Of a stretch of 64,000 bases of DNA, positions 38,001 through 49,279 are shown piece after piece. Under the pieces are notes generated by a model. The model ran no database searches. It was not told where the DNA came from and worked only from the letters and a program-made list of their open reading frames with translations. The translations under genes were made by a program, and so were the position numbers. This DNA comes from Octopus sinensis (taxonomy: Eukaryota). Where the stretch lies: the NCBI RefSeq assembly GCF_006345805.1, contig NC_043020.1, positions 16,678,001 through 16,742,000 on the forward strand, written 5' to 3'. Every line of letters starts with the position of its first letter. Position 1 is the stretch's first letter.

Positions 38001-38689
38001 TAGTATATATATATATATAAACAGAGAGAGGTTATATATTAGATAGATAAACAGATATACATACATACATACATATACACATACATACATGTATATGTAA
38101 CAATACACATACTTTCCTCAGACTATCTGCTCCTTCCTCTTTTCCTCTTCTCTGGACTTTTCCCTGTATCCGACAAAGAGTCGTGCTCGAAACATTGTTT
38201 CCACTCCTATTTTATCATCTAAAACTTTCACCGAATGTCATTCTAATATATTCACTGTGTACATCTAATTGACTTTTGTTGATTTTTTCCTGGTTTTTGT
38301 TTTATGTTTGATTTGTCTATATATGTGTGTGTGTGTGTGTGTGTGTATGAGAAACAGAGAGAATATTAGCCAGGAACTTGCAGAGAATTACTTCAATCCA
38401 TTCAGTCGAAGTAATACTGTCTGAAAACCAAATAATACAATTTTACAGATATGATGATGGTAACGATGATGACCATCATCATCATTATTATCTTTGATGT
38501 CTTTGATGTGGGTATTAAGATCACTTCTGAAATATTGTCTCTTGATGAGAATATCTTTCATCCATTGTTACAACTAACAAATTCCTTTCCAACTTCTAAC
38601 TCTTCTCTTCTTCCAAGCCTGGCATTTTTTGAGGAGTTACCCAAACCGCATTGTTTTTTTTTTTTTATCTTTGATCAAATACCATTTAG

Positions 38690-38870
38690 TTTCTTTCTCT
38701 CTCTCCTTCTTTTTCTTTTTCTTCTTTTTTCTTCTTTTTCTTTTTCTTTTTTTTCTTCTTCTTCTTCTTTTTCTTCTTCTTCTTCTTTTTCTTCTTCTTC
38801 TTCTTTTTCTTCTTCTTCTTCTTCTGGTTCTTCTTCTCCTCCTTCTTCTTCTTCTTCTTCTTCTTCTTCC
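38690..38870. repeat. (TTC)n-rich low-complexity tract
   Basis: Direct reading. Source of the poly-S and poly-E ORFs. Confidence 0.9.
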
Positions 38871-40442
38871 CCCTTGCTGTTAGCCTTCATGCTCTTCTTA
38901 AATCCCTCATACACCAATGGAATCCGTCATGTACATCAGAAACAAAAACCAAGATGATGCTGTTTTAAGCCGATCTTCATTGAACTGTGATTAATATTTT
39001 TGTTGAGTGTCTCAGTCCAACAAAATCATTTTCTAGTCAAAAGGAAATTTTATTGAAACAAAAAACTGGAAATTAATTACAGAGGAATGGTCAAATCTGA
39101 CTAGGAACTCGCTTTTATATAATTTTACTTTTTTTTTTTTTTTTCAAGGAAAAAGGGGTCACATCCCATATGGGACTTTGTTGGGGTTCTTTTTTTACTG
39201 TTTATCATTTACTTGATTCAGTCATTAGACTGGCCATTCTTGGGCATTGCCTTGAAGAATTTGTATTCAAATGGATCTGCCCCAATCCTTATCTTTTTTT
39301 TTAAAGTTTGGTACTTATTCTATCGGTCTCTTTTGCCAAACCACTAAGATATGAGGATGTAAACACACCAACACCAGTTGTCAAGCTGTGGTAGAGGACA
39401 AACACAGACACAATGGGCTTCTTTCAGTTTCTGTCTGCCAAATCCACTCACAAGGCTTTGGTCAGTCGAAGGGTATAGTAGAAGATACTTGCCCAAGGTA
39501 AAAACCCAGAACTATGTGGTTGGAAAGCAAGCCTCTTACCACACAGCCATGCCTACACCTTACTTCTATATCTTCTTGCAAAAGGCTCAAGTTCCACATG
39601 AATTTTGTCTTCTTCTCCCTACAATCTGTTTATATCTTCATGATAGCTACAATTATACAATTACATTCAATGAATAGAAATATATTCTTTGAACAAGCTT
39701 AGCTTCTTATTGATTTCTATTGTTTCTTGTCTGAAGACTTCCTCTTCATGTAATGATACCAGGAAACTTCAACTGTTGTGTGAAGGTAGGGATTGTTATT
39801 ATAGGAATTGAACTATGCACTTCAGACTAGTGAAACATTTATCACTTTTGCAGTGCTTCTACTGTTTGCAACTGCTTTTAATCATCATCATCATCATTAA
39901 CATCCATCTTCCATGCATGCATGGGTAGGACAGTTGACAGGAGCCAGCCAGGTAGAAAAACAACCCTAGGCTACTGTGTCTGTTTTGGCAGGGATTTTAC
40001 AGCCGGATGCCCTTCCTAACACCAACCACTCTGCAATCCCAATTAGATGCAGCATAGCTAAATCATTAAGAAGTTTGCTTTGCAATCAAGAGGTCCCAGG
40101 TTCAGTCTCCCTGCATTGCATTCTTAGGCCAGAGACTTTTAACACAGTTTCAGGTCAACCCAAGCCTTGGGAGAGAAATTTGCTTGATTGAAACTATGTA
40201 CAAGCTTGTCAGATACATTGTACCTGTAATCAAATTATAGCCTTGTCACACACAGTGTCATGCTGAATCTACCTGAGATTTACATTAAGGGTACATATGT
40301 CTGTGGAATACTCAACCACATAAGCACTGATTCAGTGAACAAGTAGCTCAGTTGATTAAATTCCTCATCCAAATCAAGGAAAAACCAATTACGTCTTCCC
40401 CCAAAGTAATCTTCACTTCATTTGCATTTAGTTGGACACATA

Positions 40443-40835
40443 GGCGCAGGAGTGGCTGTGTGGTAAGTAGCTTGTTTACCAACCACATGGTTCCGGGTTC
40501 AGTCCCACTGCGTGGCCCCTTGGGCAAGTGTCTTCAACTATAGCCTCGGGCCGACCAAAGCCTTGTGAGTGGATTTGGTAGACGGAAACTGAAAGAAGCC
40601 CGTCGTATATATGTATATGTATATATATATATATGCGTGTGTGTGTCTGTGTTTGTCCCCCTAGCATTGCTTGACAACTGATGCTGGTGTGCTTATGTCT
40701 CCGTTACTTAGCGGTTCGGCAAAAGAGACCGATAGAATAAGTACTGGGCTTACAAAGAATGAGTTGCTCGATTAAAGGCGGTGCTCCAGCATGGCCGCAG
40801 TCAAATGACTGAAACAAGTAAAAGAGTAAAGAGAG
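40443..40835 (+). mobile_element. SINE family A
   Basis: Near-consensus copy with AAAGAGT tail repeats. Confidence 0.9.
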
Positions 40836-41384
40836 TAAAGAGAGAATAATGATGGTTGTCTTGTTGAAAGACTTAGATCAGCACTCTGTCACTTATGAAC
40901 AGCCTACTCATGAATTTAACACGCAAATGGCTGAGCACTTCACAGGCACACATGCCCTTAGCATTGTTCTCAGGGAGATTCAGTATGACACAGAATGTGA
41001 CAAGGCTGGCCCTTTGAAATGAAAGTACTCCTCATTTTTGCCAGCTGAGTGGACTGGAGCAACGAGAAACAGAGTGTCTTGCTCAAAGACACTATGTGCT
41101 ACCAGGAATCGAACTTACAACATTATGATCACTTTAAAAGATACAGGAAGGAACAAATATATTCCCACTGACACACTCTCGATATCCTCAGTTACCATGC
41201 GTGAGGTACCTACCCTAAATGAGGTATTTGATATCCCGCTTGAAGTACCTTAATTATTCTCCACTCTCCCCTTCTCGCTCTCACACTCTCTCCTCTCTCT
41301 CTCTCAGATATATCCTTTTTTACTCTATGCACAAGGCCCAAAATTTTGGGGGAGGGAGCCAGTCGATTAGATCAACACCTATTT

Positions 41385-41758
41385 TTTTACTACCCATTAG
41401 GGGCTAAACACAGAGAGGACAAACAGATTAAGTCGATTATATCAACCCCAGTGCATAACTGGTACTTAATTTATCGACCCCGAAAGGATGAAAGGCAAAG
41501 TTGACATCGGCGGAATTTGAACTCAGAATGTAACAGCAAACGAAATACCGCTAAGCATTTCACCTGGCGTGCTAACGTTTCTGCCAGCTGCCAGCTTGAT
41601 TAGATCAACACCAGTACACAACTGGCACTTAATGTATCGACTCCGGAAGGATGAAAGGCAAAGTCAACCCTGGCGGAATTTAAACTCAGAATGTAAAGAC
41701 ATACGAAATACTGCTAAGCATTTTGCCCAGCATGCTAACGTTTCTACCAGCTCACTGC
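41385..41758 (-). mobile_element. Two tandem family-B SINE copies
   Basis: Two reverse-complement heads ending near 41590 and 41758. Confidence 0.78.
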
Positions 41759-42093
41759 CTTCTCTCTCAGATATATCACTTAACAAATTTCCATATCTGT
41801 AACTCCTTTATCATTTTTCTTTCCTCTATATCTCTCCTCTCTCTTCTTCCCCTCCATCTCCCCTTTCCCCTCCATCTTCCTCTAGATTCCCCTTCATCTC
41901 ACCCCTCTCTCTCTCTCACACACACACATTCTAGAAAATATTTTGATAACTTTTAGCGTTAATCAATAAAGCGGAGCAGAATGATGAAAGTCTAACAGAA
42001 AAACTTGATGTTTTGACAAAAGATTTAATTCTATGTCGACTAAACATATGTATACATACACACATATATGCATATATGTATATATAATATATA

Positions 42094-42124
<31 letters not shown>

Positions 42125-42202
42125 CATGAATGCATATACACATATACATAAATAAATTTATATATTCACATACATATATATACATATACAACACATATAT
42201 AC

Positions 42203-42238
<36 letters not shown>

Positions 42239-43256
42239 CACATACATGCATATATGTCTGTCTCTGTGTGTGTATATGTATATACACACACACATATACA
42301 TACATGCACAGGTATGATATTATGTAAAGCGAACCAAGTACAGAAGCTGAAGTAATATTATCTGTCAAAAAGAAAAGCTTCTTTAGACTTTAGAATGGTA
42401 GAATGTTAAGCAAGAGGATGAATATACTGTTGAGATATCTGCTCCATTTTTAAATATTGCCATATTTATAAATGGATCCAGTTGTAATAACATGATTCAT
42501 ATAAGTAGTGAAGATATTTACAAATAGAACACACAGGCTGGAGGCAAATAGCTTGAGCTCGGCAATGATTGTTTGTTAAATCTTTGTATAAGAGAGAGAG
42601 AGAGAGAGACGAGTTATTGTAAATAGTATTAAAAATAAATAGAATATTTATTTTATGTCTTGATTCTGGAAATATACAGGATGTAAGATATAGGAGGACA
42701 CTTTTTGTTTCTCTCTTTTCTTTGTGTGTGTGTGTGTGTTAAAATAGAGTCAAGAATGAAGTGTAACAGTTCTCAGCAAACATGATGTGTTTCATCATCA
42801 TCATCAACTCTTAACATCTGTTTTCCATGCTGGTATGGGTTAGATGGTTTGACTTGGAAATTGGAAATGGTAAGGCCAAGGACAGCATCAGGTTCTCTAG
42901 TCTACATGTATTACATAAGAGTCTAAAACAATTCACAAAAGCATTGTACATGCCATCAGGTTACATTCAATTTCAAGATGAGGCTGTTGTTTAGTCCCGT
43001 GATATTAGTGTTAACCTGAACTTGCGGGAATCATACTTTCTTCTGGCTGATATTTTTAGGGGTAACTTAGCCGAGAGAGACAAAGTAATAGTGGTCATGA
43101 CTCTGAGAGTGTAGTGGGTGCTTTTACGTGCCACCGGCACGAGGGCCAGTCAGGCAGTACCGGCAACAGCCACGCTCAAATGGTGTTTTTTACGTGCCAC
43201 CTGCACAGGAGCCAGTCCAGCGGCACTGGCAATGACCTCGCTCGAATGTTTTTCCT

Positions 43257-43308
<52 letters not shown>

Positions 43309-43374
43309 CCGCGTGTGTGTCGTTGGCGATTTTTTTTTTCCTCCGTCTTCCCTCCTTGGAACTTTCCTTTTTCT

Positions 43375-43412
43375 ATATTTCTGATGAAGAGCTCTGCTCG
43401 AAACATTATATC
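43375..43412 (+). ncRNA. Minimal hammerhead-like motif (stems I and III decayed) in a Penelope-like repeat
   Basis: CUGAUGA-A-GAGC UCU GCUC-GAAA-CAU-U. Stem III ACAU is one transition from palindromic ACGU. Confidence 0.5.
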
Positions 43413-44545
43413 CTCCTTCTTTCTTTCCTTTCCTGAGCATCCAATAACACTATACTTGTTCCACATCCTCACATTGTTGTGTTTTCCCTTTGTGTTTTCA
43501 TGTTTGGATTAACTTACATATAATATATATATGCTGTATGGTATATACTGGCATTATACACTATATTACTAGGATACAGACTGCTGCATGCCTACAACAT
43601 GCAATCTGTCTGCTTTGACCACCACATCTCTACACCAATACATTATTTCCACATTGTACAGTGTAGACATGTCCTCCACAATATGTTTGCTATTGTTACT
43701 GATACGTAATCGTTGTTAATGTAAAAATAACATTTCGAAATAGATTCTACATTATTTTTCTGCTTAAAATAACACCTAAAAGTCTTCCTTTTTAAATTTG
43801 GTTTCGTTGTCCAAATCTCCTCCTTTTCTCTCTCTCCTGTAGATATATAGTCTTGTTTTCCTGCCTGGTCTCTATCTTACTTTGCACATCTCTCTCCCCA
43901 GTCATCCTCTCCTTTCTCTCTAACTCTCACACCTTCCGCATCATCACATCACCAAAAACTTTTATTACTAAACTCTTACTTTCTCCTACCACTGCAACCT
44001 ATTCCTTCTACCCCCCCCCCCGTAATCATTTCTGTTTCTCTATCTCTTCACCACCACTTACTTCTACCACTAACTTCACTTCCACCATCCCCCCCACCGT
44101 AGTCACAACTAACAAATTAAATGTGACGATAATATTATTATCCAAAAAGAAAAGCAAAACATGCCAGCCTGCTGCTACATTATACAGCCATATGCAGATA
44201 CATGGTTTTTAATAGCCATTCTTACCATTATCTCTTACATTACAATAAATAAACAAATAAAATATTTCTTTAGAGAATTTTGCTAACTTTAAATCATATT
44301 TAGCTTAAGCTGGTGAAATTCTGGAACTATCAGATCTTATTAGAAGCTTATTTCAGATAGACAACTTTTATCATCCTTTTGAATTAGGAATTCTTATAAA
44401 TACAATTTCAGAAATTCCTCCATAGTTTAAGGTTTTATTTTATTCTTTTTTTATTATTATCATTATCGTTATTATTATTATTATTTACGGAGATGTACTT
44501 GCATAGCGAGTGACTTGATCTGAGATCATGTGCTGGAACGAAAAC

Positions 44546-44814
44546 AATTGCAGCGTGGAAGGTGTTTATAAGCCATTTAAGAAACACACAAAAATCCGTT
44601 AGATTCACTTCAACATTTAAATTTAATTTGTCAAAATATTTTCGTCGCTTTGAGACCGTGACCTGCTCAGATGCAGTACAAAGTTTTGTCATTGAACAGG
44701 TTGCAGTCTCGGAGCGACGAAAACATTTTGACAAATTAAATTTAAATGTTGAAGTGAATCTAATGGTTTTGTGTGTTTCTTAAATGGCTTATAAACACCT
44801 TCCACACTGCAATT
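44546..44814. repeat. ~120-bp inverted repeat (Penelope-like inverted terminal repeat) containing a hammerhead-like fold
   Basis: Arms 44546-44665 and 44697-44814. The fold lies at 44685-44735 (+). Confidence 0.88.
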
Positions 44815-45242
44815 ATCATTATTATTATTTTAAATCAATTTTACACAACACATGATCTTCGGTTGTTGAGTCTCACAGCAGCAATGACAAGTGATCAAGA
44901 CTTCTGGTGATTTTCTGTGCTTGGGAAGACATGTCAAGCTAAGTGAAATCATGGTCATGACTAGTGTTGGTAATATGTAAAAGGTACCCATGCAGGTGAC
45001 ACATAAAATGCACCTGTGCCAGTGACAGGTAAAAGGCACCTGTGCCAGTGACGCATAAAAGGTGCCCATGCCAGTGACATATAAAAGACACCCAGTACAT
45101 TCTATGGAGCAGTTGGCATTAGGAAAGGCATCCAGTTGTAGAAGCTTTGCCAAAAAACTGACTGGAACCTGGTACAGCTCTCCAAATTACCAAATCTAGT
45201 CAAACCATCCGATCCATGCCAGCATGGAAAACAGAGGATCTT

Positions 45243-45478
45243 TCTTATTTCTTTACTGCCCACAAGGGGCTACACACAGAGGGGACAAACAAAGACAGAC
45301 AAAAGGATTAGGTCGATTATATCGACCCCAGTGCATAACTGGTACTTAATTTATCGACCCTGAAAGGATGAAAGGCAAAGTCGACCTTAGCAGAATTTGA
45401 ACTCAGAACGTACCGGCAGATGAAGTACTGCTAAGCATTTTGCCCGGCGTGCTAACGTTTCTGCCAGCTCACCACCTT
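45243..45478 (-). mobile_element. SINE family B
   Basis: Reverse complement of the family consensus. Confidence 0.85.
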
Positions 45479-45724
45479 AACAGAGGTTCTTTCTTTTTTA
45501 CCAAATGGTTTCTTGTTGATTTTTTTTTTTTGGTTTTTGATTTGTTTTCAGAAATATATATTTCTAAACCATCTTATTGCATTCAGGGCCCACTTATTAC
45601 ATTCCCCCACCACACCTCTAGCTCTCACCCTCCTTTCAAAATCTTGTGAAGTCACCCACCTACTTACCCTCACCAATCCCTGAAACTTATGTGTACGGCC
45701 CCCTGCCCAAACCCTATCACATCA

Positions 45725-46095
45725 TCTTTCTCTCCTCTCTCTCTTTATCTCTCCTTTATCTCTATCTCTCCTCTCTCTCTCTCTCTTTCTTCTCTCTCTT
45801 CTCTCTTTTTCTCTTTTCTCTCTCTCTCTTTTTCTCTCTGCTTTCTCTTTCTCTCTTCTCTCTCTTTCTCTTCTCTCTGTCTCTCCTCTCTCTGTCTCCT
45901 CTCTCTTTCTCTTCTCTCTCTTTCCTCTCTCTTTCTCTCCTCTCTCTTTTTCTCCTCTCTCTTTCTCTTCTCTCCCCTCTTTCTCTTCTCTCTTTTTCTC
46001 CTCTTTCTCTCCTCTCTCTCTTTTTCTCCTCTCTTCCTTTCTCTTTTCTTTATCTCCCTTCTCTCTCTCTCTCTCTCTTTCTCTCCTTCTCTCCC
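45725..46095. repeat. CT-rich low-complexity tract
   Basis: Direct reading. Confidence 0.9.
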
Positions 46096-46354
46096 ATCAG
46101 AAGTAGCCATGTTTCTCTTATGATGCAAGACACTTTCTCTGCCCCTCAATACTACTTCCCACCCTGCAGTTGAGGGGTCTTGTCCTGCTAGTTACTTGGT
46201 GACTTACCTGCCACTGGTGCCACATAAAAACCAGCCAATATTCTCTGTAAAGTGGTTGGCATTAGGAAGGACATCCAGCCATAGAAACCATGCCAAAGCC
46301 AACTTGCCGGTTCCTGTCAAATTGTCTTACCCATGCCAGCATGGAAAACAGATG

Positions 46355-46388
<34 letters not shown>

Positions 46389-46704
46389 TAATCTCCTTGA
46401 CTCCTTCTCCCTCTTTAACTTATCTCCCCTTCTCTCTGTCTCTCTCTCTCACTCATAACATTAATATCTTGAAAAGCAAAGGCAGCAAGCTGGAAGAATC
46501 GTTAGAGCATCAGAAAAAATCCTTTGTGCTATTTTTATCTGGCTCCTTTCATTTGAGTTCAAATCCCACTGAGATCAACTTTGCTTTTCTTCCCTCTGGG
46601 GTCAATAAAATAAATAGCAATCTAGTACTGGAGTCAAAAGTATCAACTACTGCTCTCCTCAGAATCTCAGGTATTTTGCCTAGATTGATTTTTATATTGG
46701 CAAA

Positions 46705-47275
46705 TACATAGGTAGGTGGATAGACACCTAAGTAGATGGATGGATGGATGGATGGATAGATGGATAGGTAGGTATGTAGGTAGGTAGATAGATAGATAGA
46801 TAGATAGATACGTAGACAGAGAAAATACATACATACATACATACATGGATAGTTACATAGGCAGAGATAGATACATAGGTGGAGAGTTAGATAAATGGAT
46901 AGGCAGGCAGATAGATAGATAGATAGATAGATAAATAGGTAGGTAGGTAGGTAGGTTGATAGATAGATAGATAAATAGGTAGGTAGGTAGATAGATAGGT
47001 AGGTAGGTAGGTAGGTAGGTAGGCAGGCAGGCATGCAAGCAGACAGATAGATAATTAGATAGAGAGACAGAAGACAGACAGGTAGATAATTAGATAGATA
47101 GACAGACAGAGAAAGCAGACACGTAGATAATTAGATAGATAGAGACAGACAAGCAGATAATTAGATAGATAGATAGACAGAGAGAGAAGGCAGATAGGTG
47201 ATAATTAGATAGACAGACAGACAGACAAACAGATACACAGATAGGTAGAGGGATAGATACATAGATAGGTAAGTA
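46705..47275. repeat. (GATA)/(GGTA)/(GACA) compound tetranucleotide array
   Basis: Direct reading. Confidence 0.9.
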
Positions 47276-48442
47276 GATGGAGCAATGAATGACTTGAATG
47301 TGTTTATGGCCTCTATTGTAAATATTGTTAGAACAGCAAATAGAAAGAAAAAAGATACAACTACCAGGCTAACATTTAATGAAATCATAATTTAAAAGAC
47401 AAAAATATAAAATAAATAAACAGAATAATTCTATTAAAATGGAAATTGGTAAAATTCTGGTCATTTTGATTAAATCTGATAAAATAAAACTATACAATAA
47501 TGGACAATTTTTTTTCTGTTTTTTTTTTTCATTTTGTCCATTTTTATTTTGAGGATAGAATAACTTTGATATCTGCCATCAAGTTGTGAAAGAATCTAGA
47601 ATATTTAAGATATTAGATTGTGAAAAATAATAATTCTATGTAACGGACCTTCAATTGTTTCTGTTTGACATGGAAAATTAAATCAAAATTACCAAAAAAC
47701 AAAATGTTTTATTCTTTATTTTGTTTTGTTTTGTTTTTCAATTAATTATTTTTTCCACTAATATTTAATAGCTCAGTGACTTTAAGATAATATCACATTG
47801 CTCAGAACTAATAACAAAATATGTCAATCAGTAGTTCCTGTAATAATGGTAAAAGGAGAAAAAAAAATCAGTAAATTATTTTATTTTTCTGATCAACCAA
47901 CAGTTTTCATCTAAAAGTCTTCCATCAAAGAAGTGAAGCTTTAATTTTCTGTTTTACAAAAGCGAGAAGTTTAACTCATTGAGACACTTGTTCAAATTAT
48001 AATAGTGCAGCCGGGTGATAAGAAGTTTGCTTTTCAGCCACATAGTTCCAGGTTCAGTCCTACTGCATGCCACCTTGGGCAAGTGTCTTTTACTCGGATA
48101 GTCTTTCTGAAGCAAAGTGATAAGGTCATTGAGTAATGAAGCCCTTTGTGTGTGTGTGTGTGCATATGTGTATTATCTATATATAGGTGTGTGTATTTGT
48201 GATCGTCCCCCACCACTGCTTAACAACTGGTGTTGATTTGCTTATGTCCCTGTAACTTAGTGCTTCAGCAAAAATAGTACTGGGATTGATTTGTCCAACT
48301 AAACCCTTCGTGGTGGTGCTACAACCTGGCTGCAATCCAATGATTAAAACAAGTAGAAGATAAAAGATGTGTTCCTATTCCATTGGCATCTTTTCTCTCC
48401 TATGTTCTTGAACATACAACAAAAATGAAGAAGAATTTTTTA

Positions 48443-48852
48443 GGCGCAGGAGTGGCTGTGTGGTAAGTAGCTTGCTTACCAACCACATGGTTCCGGGTTC
48501 AGTCCCACTGCGTGGCATCTTGGGCGTGTCTTCTGCTATAGCCCCGAGCCGACCAATGCCTTGTGAGTGGATTTGGTAGACGGAAACTGAAAGAAGCCTG
48601 TCTTATATATGTGTATATATATATATATATATAATGTGTGTGTGTGTGTGTATGTTTGTGTGTCTGTGTTTGTCCCCCTAGCATTGCTTGACAACCAATG
48701 CTGGTGTGTTTACGTCCCCGTCACTTAGTGGTTCGGCAAAAGAGACAGATAGAATAAGTACTGGGCTTACAAAGAATAAGTCCCGGGGGCGATTTGCTCG
48801 ACTAAAGGCGGTGCTCCAGCATGGCCGCAGTCAAATGACTGAAACAAGTAAA
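48443..48852 (+). mobile_element. SINE family A
   Basis: Near-consensus copy. Confidence 0.9.
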
Positions 48853-48984
48853 AAAAAAAAAAAGATTGTCAAAAGTGCATACATGGAACCCGTCCTTACA
48901 TATTGTTCTGTGATCTGAATCATCGACAAACAAATGCAAAAGTTTATTAGTGCTGCTGAGTGGTGGGCCCTTTGAAGAATATGA

Positions 48985-49279
48985 AACACACCACCATCGG
49001 TTGTCAAGCGATCTTGAAGGGGACAAACACAGACACACAAACATATACACACATGTACACACACACACAATATATATATATATATATATATATACATACA
49101 CATACATACATATATATGATGGGCTTCTTTCAGTTTCTGTCTACCAAATCCACTCACAAGTCTTTGGTTGGCCCGAGGCTATAGTAGAAGACACTCGCCC
49201 AAGGTGCCACGCAGTGGGACTGAACCCGGAACCATGTGGTTGGTAAGCTAGCTACTTACCACACAGCCACTCCTACACC
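48985..49279 (-). mobile_element. SINE family A, 3'-truncated, inverted relative to 48443
   Basis: Reverse complement of the head and body. Confidence 0.88.

Noticed and set aside
38451-38957. 168-aa ORF and the opposite-strand poly-E ORF
   Set aside because: Dominated by (GAT)n and (TTC)n tracts. No homology recognised.
41968-42050. Exon-like LINKAEQNDESLTEKLDVLTKDLILC
   Set aside because: In tomosyn's phase-2 frame it hits a stop immediately. The donor is poor and I recognise no homolog.
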